Assembly (NCBI GenBank): GCA_951406725.2
Contig: OX597829.1
Span: 54,870,001-54,934,000, forward strand
Direction: 5' to 3'
Source: Octopus vulgaris
Lineage: Eukaryota
Length of the DNA: 64,000 nt
The notes under the pieces are model-generated. The model was not told the origin of the DNA, ran no database searches, and saw nothing but the letters and a program-made list of their open reading frames with translations. The position numbers and the translations under genes were made by a program. This document shows, piece by piece, positions 52,320 to 64,000 of this stretch (positions are counted from its first letter, which is position 1; the number at the start of each line of letters is the position of its first letter).

Positions 52320-52980
52320 TTCTTCTGTTGGCAACCAAATGCCTTTTTCTCAGAGTGAAAGGAAGATTGTATGATGCCTGTGTATGAAGCGTGATGCTGC
52401 ATGGTAGTGAGATGTGGGTCCTGAATGCAGAGGACATGCAAATGCTGGAGAGGAATGAAGCTGGTATGGTCCGCTGGATGTGCGGTGGAGAATGGGTGTA
52501 TTGAGAGAGAAGTTGGATACAAGAGGAATTATATGCAGTGTGGAAGAGAGATGACCATGCTGGTTTGGTCGTGTGATGCGGATGAGTAAGGACAGCTGCA
52601 TAAAGAAGTGCCAATCACTTAAAGTGGAAGGAAATTGTGGTAGAGGGAGACCCAGGCAAACACGGGACAAAGTATAGAAGGCCGATCTGAAAATGCTGAA
52701 CCTTACAAAGGAGATGACAGAGGACGGAGACCTGTGGTGCATTGCTGTATTGTAGAAGACCAAGCCACCACAACAGAACTGAAATCTTAAAACCAAGGTG
52801 CCACCTAAAAAGCATTGGTGTGGGTGCTAGTGCCATGTAAAAAGCACCCAGTCCACACTCTGTAAAGTGGTTGGCATTAGGAAGGGCATCCAGCTGTAAA
52901 AACCAAGCCAAATCAGACTGGAACCTGGTGCAGCTCCTGTCAAGCCACCCAACCCATGCCAGGATGGAAAACGGATGTTA
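52320..52980 (+). mobile_element. RTE LINE 3' fragment
   Basis: Similar to 38140-38570 (LRVKGRLYDAC, GRGRP) followed by the shared 3' tail. Confidence 0.75.
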
Positions 52981-54991
52981 ATTAAATGTTGAATTACAGC
53001 AGTTGAGACAGTATAGTAGTTGCAAGCTTCTTTATTCACATTAATTCAAATTAATCATACATTCTCTGATAGCTTTGAGATTTCAGTGATGTTATAGCTT
53101 ACTTTTAGAATGACGTTATAGAGTAGGTGCGAAAGGGTGGATCTCTCTGGTTTGAACATAAAACGGAGAATATTTTGATCACATTTGGCCAGTTTAAATG
53201 CTAAAGGATTAATGACTCAGATAAGTTGCCTGAAACAATCTTCATCATCAACATACGACGTCCATTTTCCATGCTAGCATGGGCTGGACATTGGAGTTAA
53301 ATTTCAAGAGGATGAGCTTTCCATAAAATCTGAAATCAATCATTATACTTACCTTAGCAACATAATCTGGTTTTTTTTTTTCTTTTTCATGTATCGGGAT
53401 TACTTTAATTCATTCCATCATGCATTACATATATGGATAAACATTTTAAACCATGTAACTATTCTTAAAATCTGTTCACAGACACTATTCATTTTCATTC
53501 TGTGTATGTATTAGAGATTACTTCAAAAAAATACAATTCAGATTTACCACTGCAGTAATACAACAGCATTTTGTCATAAACGAAATTAACAACATGAAAA
53601 AAAAAAGGGGGGGGGGATATAAACCCAATCTTAAACTGAACAATCTTTTCTTTTTCTTTTAAGAATGCCTCATTATATATACATTGTCATTATCACATTG
53701 CAAGAAATGTTGTTTGGCCCCAGGTTAGGATCAATCCCAGATGAGTTGAATTTATGATCGAAAGCCATTTCAGACATGACTAACCAATCTTCTATATCTA
53801 GAACAACTGTTCTTCCATTATTTATTTTTTTTTTTTTTTTAAAGATGGCAGGGGAATTTAGTTGCTATGTCTAGCAACTTCATTTCAAGCTACTGCACAA
53901 CAGCTCCCTCTTAATTCTTTCTTACCGTTTTAATTCAGAAAGCAGTGTACTTTCATAAAAATACAGAGAAATGACAATTTTACTATATGACTGGTAATTA
54001 CAGCATTTCAGGGGGTTTTCAGTGGGGGTACATTTGATACATGGCAGTGATTTCGCTTTCTTAATTCAGGACAAAGTTCATTCAAATTTCAAATTAACAG
54101 CAGTGATATGTAACTGGTTGGAAAAATGTGGTTTTCATCTGACCCTTATGAGTCTATAAAATTTTGTCGTAAAAATTTATCTGCACTAATTTGGTTATAC
54201 TTTTACAATACACAAAATACTTTAATTTTTATGTACACTTCCTAATAATATAAAAATAGGATATTTTTGAAACATCAAACAGCAGGAAGGGTTCACCTGA
54301 ATAAAACAGAAATTAAAGGGCTCCATAGGGAACAAAATGGTTGAGAAACAATGTTCTAAATGCTTTACCTAAATCCTATATGTCCAACAGTTCCATATCT
54401 AATGCTGGTCATGACTTCTGTTGAAACCAGAATAAACATCCAGGGTTTATGTAAATGACAATAAGGCAAGAAATTAGCAATTTACATTCTGATAAGCTTC
54501 ATTTCTTTTTTCTTGTTGATTAATTAATTTAATAAAATATATTCGTCTCATTCAGATTATTTCTGTTTCAAGCATTTCTTTATTATTTTACAACCAATAG
54601 TTGTACTTCACACAGTCACCATTTCCTCTAAAAAAATATTTTCTACCCACTATTAACCCTTTTGATGCCAGCCTACCTGAAACCAGCCCTGAGTCTATGA
54701 GGTAAACTCTCTTTTAAAATGATCTTAATTAAAATCTTCTTCCATCAAAAAATTTCACATTTATTTGTTCTAGACATCAGCTTAATAATGACAAATTTAC
54801 TTTACTAAATTCTTTATTATTTTCAAAATTAATCGAAACAAACACGTAAAAATATAGAATAATTAAATTTGTAGAGATAGTCTCATATAACATTACTTAC
54901 TCTATATGGTCTATTAATGAGATTTGGCGAATTGGTACAATTTTCAGTACTTTTTCAGTATATTAACGAGAAATTTCAATTAACATATATA

Positions 54992-55781
54992 CAAGGGGGA
55001 GCTGAAAAGTTCTTGGCTTTAAGGGTATCGTAAAATGCCTGGTTAGCAACCCAACCTACCAAGTTCTTTAATAGGACTTAGGGAAACTGAAGCACCACTG
55101 CAAAAAGTGTGTGAATCTGAGAGGGTAATCATCATGGTCATCATTTAACATCCTCCTTTCATGCTGGCACAGGTTGGACAGTTTGACAGGAGCTGGCCAA
55201 GTGGGTGCCTGTGCCACGCTTGTGTGTGTGTGTTTTGGCATGGTTTTTATGGCTGAATGCCCATCCTAACAGACCACTCCATAGAATGGGCTGAGAGCTT
55301 TTTACACAGCACTCACGCCAGTGAGGTCAGTTTTTGTGGAGTTTTTACAGCTGGATGCCCTTCCAGATGCCAACCACTTTAGTGTGGACTGGATGCTTTT
55401 TATGTGGCACCAGCACTGGCAGGCTAACCAAGTAACTCACAAGACAAGGAATTATGAGAGGGGTAGGAACATTTGAGGAGGAGAACTTGTGTCAGAGGAT
55501 GAAAGATTAGAGGGTGACAAACAGACAGAAACAGGTGTCTTGCTATAATGGCGGAGGCATCGGAGAAGGTGTTCCAGTAAGATCTGGGAGGTGAAAGGTT
55601 TAGAGTTTGATAGAGAAATAGAGAGGCAGAAATAGTTGTCTTGCTATAGAAGAGGTACATGGTTACCCAGTGAGAGAGAGAGAGAGAGAGAGAGGGGGGA
55701 ATATGTTGAATGAAGTCATAATTAACTGATCCTCCTCTATTTTCTTTAACCCAGAGCCAGGAACTTTTCAGCACACCCTCA
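54992..55781. mobile_element. Mariner-type MITE with a nested insertion; partial related copy at about 36849-37030
   Basis: Terminal inverted repeats caagggggagctgaaaagttcttggct / agccaggaacttttcagcacaccctc with TA flanks. Confidence 0.65.
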
Positions 55782-56419
55782 TATGTTTATATTTTACATT
55801 CACTGAACATAATCTGTTGTCTGGTTTAATACCATCATCTGGCCCTAATATGAATTCACTCTGTTGCAAACATTTAGAGCAGGTCTCTGGCTTGAGGATA
55901 CTGTCTTACTTCTTGCTCATCAGTCTCTGATGCCCTGCAAAGGATTATGGGGAACACCCTGGAATAGATAAGGAATCAAAAAGCATGATGTACATACCTT
56001 TTCCAAAAGCTGCAATCACAAATCTAAACCGTAAAATGTGTATGCATACATGTGCACACACAAATGTACATATACAAAAATACACTTACACATGCACACA
56101 AACATATCTTGAGATCTTGAAAGTGTTACACATTTTGCATACGGATGCCCCCCACCACCACCTTCCCAACACAAAAAAAAAAAACACAACGTTAACATAA
56201 AATACATCTATAAAAGAACAAAATACCAATATTAAACATTTTTTTTTCAATATTTTTAAAACACAGTTGATATTTTAATTAAGTTGCAGACAGGGCAGTA
56301 GAAGTGTTTCAAATTTATTGTTCTTTCGGGCAATTTGTGTCTTTGTCCAATTCTTTTTAGCCAAGTTTTTTTAATAAGAAAAAATACAAATGAACAAAAA
56401 AAACATATCTTTACAACAA

Positions 56420-56422
<3 letters not shown>

Positions 56423-56481
<59 letters not shown>

Positions 56482-56672
56482 TATACATATATATATACAT
56501 ACATATATATATATATATATATACACATACATACATACATATATATATATACACACACATATATATACACATACATACATACATATATATATATACACAC
56601 ACATATATATACAGACATGTATATATATATACACACATACATATATATACAGACATGTATATATATATATAT

Positions 56673-56713
<41 letters not shown>

Positions 56714-56785
56714 CATACATACATACAAACACATACATACATATACATACACACTCACATTCATATATACACACACACACAAACA
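56423..56785. repeat. Compound (TA)n/(TACA)n/(CA)n microsatellite
   Basis: Visible directly; it produces the spurious YIYI/CVCV ORFs. Confidence 0.97.
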
Positions 56786-58585
56786 CAGCATCAGCATAGA
56801 ATATTTTCCCAGACAATAATAAGAATAATAATTCTCTGTTAGAAAAGTTTGCATTTTCAAAACTGTTGGATACAAGTTTTTATAGATGCAGTGGGCACCT
56901 CCAAGCAATTTTCTTTTGTAGAGCACTCAAATTATGTTCCAGTTTAATAAATGTGTTTTGTTCAGAAGCACATTCCAATCCTGTATTGCGGTTTTATAAT
57001 ATTTTAATTTAACGAATATGCTTTGTAAAGTTCAAACACATCTGAATATTGAAAATATCTCCCAATTTATGAGACTTTGGAAAGCAGATTATCATTAATT
57101 CTTTCTAGGAACACTCAGACATGTTTAGTATCGAATTTCCTGATCCATCTTTAATTGCTATCTTTTATTTAGATGTAAATAACCACTTTTTTTTCTTTTT
57201 TTTAATAGTTTTTTGTTGTTGTTGTTGTTTTTTTTTTTGTTAAAGAAAATTGCATATAACTGCTAAAGTTTTCCAAACCATATAGAAGACATTCTATTTT
57301 AATTTCAACTAAAAACAATTACTAAAGAGATCATGAATATAATACATGTATTTTTATATCTTTGACTTTGTTTTTCTAGACTTCTTTGTATGTAAATCTA
57401 AAAATGACTGAATTGAATTCTCCAGTGATGGAATTTTGTACATGTGCAATAACAAATGTTAGGGCAATGATCTGACATGAAATAAAAATTTAGTTGGAAA
57501 AGAATTGCTAATTTAGAGAACACACTTAGAACAGAACCCAGGATTACATACTTTTCTGATCTTCTAAATGCAATACGATATGCAAAACATATTGCAGTTA
57601 ATGACTGTAGCAGTGTAACGAATGAGCTAAATGTTAGATTTGATACAGATGATTTCATATGAACATTTTTTCTATGTATTTATAAATACGGAAACCTTAT
57701 CTAGACTGCATTTTAGACCAGATGGACGAAAAATGGAAGAAGTTTTAGAATGAGCCAACAAAACTAACTCATTGCTTGTTTAAGCTGTCCTACATGAGAG
57801 ATCCAAGTATTTGAGACGACCATCTTTTTTAACACAGGAAATAGGACAACAGGTTTAAAGATCAGTCATAGAAAGGATTTAAGAGGTCATTTTGATACAG
57901 TGTTTATACAAATCTGGTTAAGAGTTCTGAGAGAGTGAGAGCAGTCATTAATTATAATATACTACCAAAGTAGCTGGTTAATGTTTGCCCATTTAGAAGT
58001 GAGGAGGCTGTGTCTTTGACACTACTTTTGCTCATGAGTATCAAAGCACTATTCCTACATGGAATTATATTTATCATCATCATCACCTTTCTTATTAGAA
58101 GACACAGTTTACAAGAAGTTTTCCCTGATATCATTTTTATGGAAAATAATATTCTATGTGAATACCAACTGATAAGATCTTAAGATCTATAAATCAAAAT
58201 CAGGCTATCCATATATTTTCCAATAATTTCAATAGTAATTATTACGGTATTAAGCAGTCAACATCATTAATAAAAAGAAAATACCTTCTCAAAAAAGATA
58301 CTCAATAATTATAATAATTTACCATACAAAGTCATTTCTACAAGATTTAATGCTTGCTAAGATGAATCCTTATTATCATCTTATAGATTATGGCTATCTT
58401 AGTATGAATTATTAACATCTTTCTTATATGACCTTTCTAATAACAATGAAAACAAAAACTGTGCTTTTTTTTCCTTTCCTCTTTTCTCAAAGGCAACAAT
58501 GATGTTTCACAAATTTTACAGGAATTTATCAATGATGGAAGCTTACTGATATACATTTTCATCTCATCCATAGGAGAGGTTGTGA

Positions 58586-58759
58586 TCAGTTCAGTGTACC
58601 TTTACAATATGGGGCACCACACAGGCAACTGATTTTTTCTTCTTCTAGAGGGAATTTATAATCATATGTTATTTCTTCATTAACATCAATATCTCTCTTG
58701 GAGTAAATAACAATTTTCTTATGAGATTCAACTGTGATGATTTTTGCATAGCAGTTTGG
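58586..58759 (-). CDS. SETD1: SETD1 last coding exon (end of SET and post-SET)
   Basis: tttcag|CCA; [57 protein letters not shown]; EITYDY and CxCxxxxC post-SET motifs; 174 nt. Confidence 0.96.
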   Translation of the reverse strand, partial: PNCYAKIITVESHKKIVIYSKRDIDVNEEITYDYKFPLEEEKISCLCGAPYCKGTLN

Positions 58760-58959
58760 CTGAAAAAATAAAAAAAAAATAACGAAAGGTTATTAAGATA
58801 TATGAGCTTATATATAATTGTAATCATTACTAACTTCACATCCATAACTAACAACATAAAATTTAAAATCAGCTAATTGAGCACCACCAAACATTAATTG
58901 CAACAGATGTACACGCTAGTGAAAATAAGCAACTATTGCTAGATTTGTGATTTTGAATA

Positions 58960-59770
58960 TTAAGATAAAAATATGAAGACAGTGAAAAGGAAGGCTCCTG
59001 GCCCATCAGCAGTTACTGCTGAAATGCTCAATATATCTGATAGAGTTGGGCACAGTCTAGTCACCTGTATAGATAATCAGGTTATTCAGGAAGGTGATAC
59101 AGCAGCATCATAATCAGCTGCTACAAGGGCAAAGGAGATGCCTTAGATAGAAGTAATTATAGAGGCATCAAGATTCTGGACTAGGTGGAAGTTGCAGAGA
59201 GAGTTATAGCCCAGTTAATTAGGAGCAGAATTAGACCAGATAAAATGCAGTTTGTCCCGAGAAGAAGCACTACTGATGTTATTTCCATAGTCAGACAACT
59301 GCAAGGAAAATATTTAGCTAAGAACAAGCCGTTGTACTTGGCATTTGTTGATCTAAAGAAAACCTTCAACAGAGTAACCTGCTCTGTAATTTAGTGATCT
59401 CTGAAGAAGCTACAGATGGATGAATGGCTTGTGAAAGCAGCACAGGGGTACTGTTAGTAGGATAAGAGTTGGCCATGGGTACAGTGATGAATTTAGTGTA
59501 CAGGTAGGTGGCCACCAAGGGTCGATCCTCAGCCCCTTCCTATTTATCATAATCCTTCAGAAAATGACAGAGGAATTTAAGACTAGAACTCATACATGCT
59601 GATGATCTTGCACTCATAGCAAAATCTGTAACAGAATTAGAAAAGAAATTCCAGATGTGGAAACAGAACCTAGAATCTAAGGGTCTTAAAGTAAACTTAG
59701 TAAAGACCAAGGTCATAGTAAGCAAGAAATTGAATGGAACCCTTCAACCTTCCATTAAATGGTCCTCTTC
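58960..59770 (+). mobile_element. Degraded RTE LINE RT fragment in the last SETD1 intron (antisense to the gene)
   Basis: VRQLQGKYLAKNKPLYLAFVDLKK, HADDLALIAKS, WKQNLESKGLKVNL. Confidence 0.85.
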
Positions 59771-60192
59771 CATGCTCACATGGATCGGATGGAACCTGTT
59801 GATGTGTATTTTCTATGGCTTAATGCCACCAGCCCTCACTTGTTTCCAAGTTAAATAAGATTTCCTTCTGGCCAGACATGTTTTTAAGAAGGATTGGAAA
59901 CAAAGGATACCATTTGCATGACAGTGACACTCACTCGCAACTATCAAGTGAGGTTAAAGCAAGGAGACAATGACACACACACGCACACACATGCATGCAT
60001 GCACACACACACACACACTGGGCCTCTTTCAGTTTCCATCTGCCAAATCCACTCACAGGGCTTTTGATGGCCCAAGGCAATAGTAGAAGGCACCTGCCCA
60101 AGTGGAACTGAACCTGGAACCATGTGGCTAAGAAGCAAACTTCTTACCACACAGCCATGCCTACCTATGAGTATAAATGAAATGTCACTTAC

Positions 60193-60450
60193 ATTACAGC
60201 TGTGGTTGATGAAACGTGCCAGGTTGCCTGCTTTTGTTGCATCAATGATTGTTTCGTTATCAACTCGGAATAAATAGCTACTGCCAATACCCTGTGCACC
60301 ATATTGTTTCTCACGTTCATCAGCAACAAAATGTCGGATTACTTGTCCAACATATTCAATAACCATTTCTTCAGCGGCAATGGGTTCCAGGGCAAATAAG
60401 CCCCAATCATGGATTGAGCTTTTAGCAAACCTTAATTGCTTTTTGCGAAA
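60193..60450 (-). CDS. SETD1: SETD1/Set1 histone H3K4 methyltransferase, SET-domain exon (gene continues beyond the window end)
   Basis: Minus-strand tttacag|TTT; [86 protein letters not shown]; donor AAT|gtaagt; 258 nt. These motifs are diagnostic of SETD1A/B. Confidence 0.96.
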
Positions 60451-60559
60451 CTGTAAAAATGAAAAAAATTTTTATTATTAAACCATGTCAATGTACAGGT
60501 TATAAAAATTTTAGTACAATACACTAACGTTAACTAATATATATATACATATATGTATA

Positions 60560-61085
60560 CTTCCAAGAGAGTTAGAGGTTGTGAATCCAACCAACTAAGG
60601 GATAATATCCAATATACTGCTGGAAGAATACCCAATTATTAATACACAAGTGTTTTTTATTGCATGGTAATTACACTACTGAATGTAATAAATGGGTGAG
60701 GGTAAAAAGTTGTTTTACCCTTAATTTATACAGCAATAAGAAAATGGAGGGGATCAAGAGGTGGTGTTCATCAACTTTTAGACATTATATTATGTCAATT
60801 CATTTATTTTTAAAAAAAAACAATTATAATAATATACATACATGTAAAACATATTATGCTTTACATATATGATATATAAAAATATCAGAAATTATTAAAA
60901 TATATAACTTAGAGCATAGAAAATAGGATAATTTCTTACAGCTGTTTCAGCCAAGAGGTCATAGTAACCCCACCTTACTTCCATCCCTTAAGTGAACTGA
61001 AGTATTTGGTAGATAAAAGGTATATGGGCGTGCCTCTGGGCTTCGTCAGAGATTTTAGAAAGTTCATAAGGTTAAGTTATAAATA
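60560..61085 (-). mobile_element. Probable Penelope-like terminal-repeat fragment in a SETD1 intron
   Basis: Block between TA-rich microsatellites containing a hammerhead; boundaries approximate. Confidence 0.45.
60930..61056 (-). ncRNA. Type I hammerhead ribozyme in a SETD1 intron, sense orientation
   Basis: Minus strand reads TCT-CTGACGA-AGCCCAGAGG...74 nt...CCTCTTGGCT-GAAA-CAGCTG-TA-AGA. Core intact, stem II 9 of 10 bp, palindromic helix III, GUA site; stem I is weak (3 bp plus a possible extension). Confidence 0.72.
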
Positions 61086-61254
61086 TAAATACATACATAT
61101 ATATATATACACTTTTACATATGCATAAATACAAACCTATACTTTTATATATATATATATGCATATGATGGAATGAATTATTATTAGATAACGTATAAAC
61201 AGAGGAAAGAGAAAATTATCGAAAGAGAAATAATAGTGCAATTTAAATAATCAA

Positions 61255-63664
61255 TCATGCTTAAATGGTGCTTTTTACGTGCCACCGGCACAAACACCAC
61301 TTAGCCGTTCTGGCAATGATCACGCTCAGATGGTGCTCTTAGTGCTCCACTAGCACGGACGCCAGTCATCAAATTAGATTTCGATTTCACTTGCCTCAAC
61401 AGCGCTTCGCAAGCAGTGTCCAATGAATGGAAGGTATGCATAAGTGGGCAAGTTACACCCCCATAAAGGCCACCAGGTTATGGTCTCACTTGGCTTGCCG
61501 GGTCTTCTCAAGCACAGCATATTTCCAAAAGTCTTGGTCACTGGTCATTGCCTCGGTGAGGCCTAATGTTTAAAGGTCATGCTTCACCACTTCATCCCAG
61601 GTCTTCCTGGGTCTACCTCTTCCACAGGTTCCCTCAACTGCTATGGTGTGGCACTTTTTCACACAGCTATCCTCATCCATTTTCGCCACATGACCATATC
61701 AGTGCAGTCGTCTCTTGCACACCACATCTGATGCTTCTTAGGTCCAACCTTTCTCTCAAGGTACTTACACTCTGTTGAGTATGCACATTGACATTACACA
61801 TCCATCGGAGCATAATGGCTTCATTCCTTGCGAGCTTAAGCATATCCTCAGCAGTCACAGCCCATGTTTCATAGCCATGTAGCATAGCTGTTCATACACA
61901 TGTGTCATACAGTCTGCCTTTTACTCTGAGTGAGAAGCCTTTTGTCTTCAGCAGAGGTAAGAGCTCTTTGAACTTTGCCCAGGTTATTCTAGCAGCTACA
62001 CTTTCAGTACACCCTGCCCCGCTACTGACTTGGTCACCTAGGTAACCGAAGCTATCAACTATTTCTAGTTTTTCTCCCTGGAATGTGGTGGAAGTTGGTC
62101 TCTGAGCATTTTCAGTGTTTATTGCTCCTGAGCATCTGCCACATACAAAAACTATCTTCCCAGACATTACTGCACTTCTTATATGTCCATAGATTACACT
62201 GGGTACATCTTATAGAGTTTTACCTATGCCTTTTCTATAGATCGTGCAGGGCCATCTACCTGAAGGGATTTGTGGTTTGCCTGCCTTCCTACTTATTAGG
62301 ACTTTGGTTTTAGCTAGGTTGACTCTAAGGCCCTTCGATTCTAATCCTTGTTTCCACACCTGAAACTTCTCTAGTTGTGATAGTGACTCAGCAATTAGGG
62401 CAAGGTTGTCAGTATAGAGGAGCTCCTGGGGGCATCCTGTCTTGAATTCGTCTGTTATTGCCTGGAGGACTATGATAAATAGGAGGAGGCTAAGGACTGA
62501 ACCTTGGTGGACCCGTACTTCTGCCCGGAATTCTTTACTGTACTCGTTGCCAACGCTCACCTTACTAACAGCGTCCCTGTACATGGCTTGCACAGCTCTC
62601 ACTAACCATTCATCTGACCCTAGTTTCCAGATAAGGGATCGGGGCACCCTGTCAAAGGCTTTCTCCATGTCAACGAAAGCCAGGTATAGAGGTTTATCTT
62701 TGGCCAAGTATTTTTCCTGCAGCTGACTTACCAGAAATAAAGCATCAGTGGTGCTTTTCCCTGGCACAAACCCAAACGGCATCTCATCTAAACTGACTCT
62801 CTCTCTAATTAGTTGGGCTATGACCCTCTCTGTAACCTTCATTATTTGATCCAACAGCTTTGATACCCCTGTAGTTATTTGTATCTAGGGCGTCACCTTT
62901 ACCTTTGTAGCAGTTGACTATTAAGCTGCTACACCACTTATTGGGTATGACTCCTTCGTGTATCACCTGGTTAACTATACAGGTGACTAGGCTATAGCCA
63001 ACACCGCCAGATATTTTGAGCATCTCTGCAGTGATTCCTGATGGGCCAGGGGCTTTCCTTGTCTTCATACTCTTAATTGCTTTATCTACCAAGGTACTGT
63101 CAACTTGGATAACAGGTCCCTCTGTTGGGACGACATTCGGCAGACCCTCTTTCTCTCATTCATTTTCTTCATTCAGCAACCTTTCATAGTGGCGTCTCCA
63201 AACCTCTCTCTTTGCAACCTCGTTTAATGCAAGTGAACCATCATACATGTGGGTGCATTTCTCTCCTACAACATCACGATTCTCTCTCACACACTGTCTT
63301 GCAACATGAAATACCTCAAGTCTTTGGTCCTCACGGCACAGAGCATTGGCAAATTTTTTCTTATCTGCTTCCCCTCTGGCTAAATAAACCTGCCCCCTAG
63401 CTTCAGTTCTGGCAGTCTGATACAATTCCCTGCTACCACCGTTCTTCCAGTCCTTCCAAGCCTGTTTCTTTTCTCTAATAGCCCTGTCAACAACATTGCT
63501 CTACCACCATGTTATTTTGGGTCGAGAGGGGTCTTTGCACCATCCACAGATCTGGTCAGTGGCCCTTAGCAGATTGTCCCATAGAAACCTCCAGTTGTCT
63601 TCTACATTGTGTGAAGCTATATCCCCTGCTATTTTGTCAAAGGCTTTGAGTAATATGTCTCTAA
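61255..63664 (-). mobile_element. RTE-clade LINE fragment (RT and 3' region) in a SETD1 intron
   Basis: ORF 62210-62854 with FVDMEKAFDRV, VHQGSVLS and LLYTDNLALIAES (degenerate YADD); FGYLGD downstream. Confidence 0.93.
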
Positions 63665-64000
63665 ACAATAAAGTTATTAAAAAAATGTCATGTTTAAATG
63701 TGTGAAAATAGTGATCAAAACTTACTATTGGGAAAGACAATAAAAAATTGGAAGTAAATGAAAGAGAGTGGAGAGGAATATAAACTGCATGACAGATAAT
63801 GTGAAGTGGGAGCAAATGAGTTTAAAAGGCAATTCGTTGGTATCATTACTGTGAATTGATTTGTAATGATTAGACATAAAAGTAATGAGACAAATCCTTA
63901 ATTAGATGCTGCGATGTAAATGTAATAATTTTGTCTTGGGCCATAATACATACTTTACATACAACAGTTGGTTGGTTGGCTGTTTGCAATATAGGACAAG

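Noticed and set aside
56256-56926. Several 127-186 aa ORFs on both strands
   Set aside because: Translations of a TA/CA microsatellite; low complexity, not genes.
59944-60192. Extension of the SETD1 ORF past NHSCN
   Set aside because: Read-through of a strong GTAAGT donor into an intronic SINE-like repeat; the true continuation is exon 58586-58759.

Overview
AT-rich, repeat-dense animal genomic DNA with spliceosomal introns. It is most likely a coleoid cephalopod (Octopus-like); this is inferred from the mollusc-type PEP mutase and the SINE/RTE/mariner/microsatellite landscape. Three genes can be read from the sequence: (1) the last two coding exons of a phosphoenolpyruvate mutase (+, 1991-2896); (2) a complete 10-exon SMARCB1/SNF5 gene (+, 17708-35466; 1119 nt CDS, 372 aa), whose last intron needs a GC donor; (3) the last two coding exons (SET and post-SET) of a SETD1/Set1 H3K4 methyltransferase (-, 58586-60450). 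The rest is RTE LINE fragments, four mariner relics, tRNA-derived SINEs, MITEs, a probable solo LTR and microsatellites. The most notable unannotated signal is a set of type I hammerhead-ribozyme folds in four unrelated elements next to (TA)n tracts, probably Penelope-like or retrozyme terminal repeats (13611-13661, 42179-42296, 50655-50737, 60930-61056). All have a palindromic helix III (broken by one substitution only in the antisense copy at 42179), and between them the catalytic 3:8 pair occurs as C-G, U-A and G-C. One lies in sense orientation in a SETD1 intron. All folds were done by eye and none has been tested for activity.
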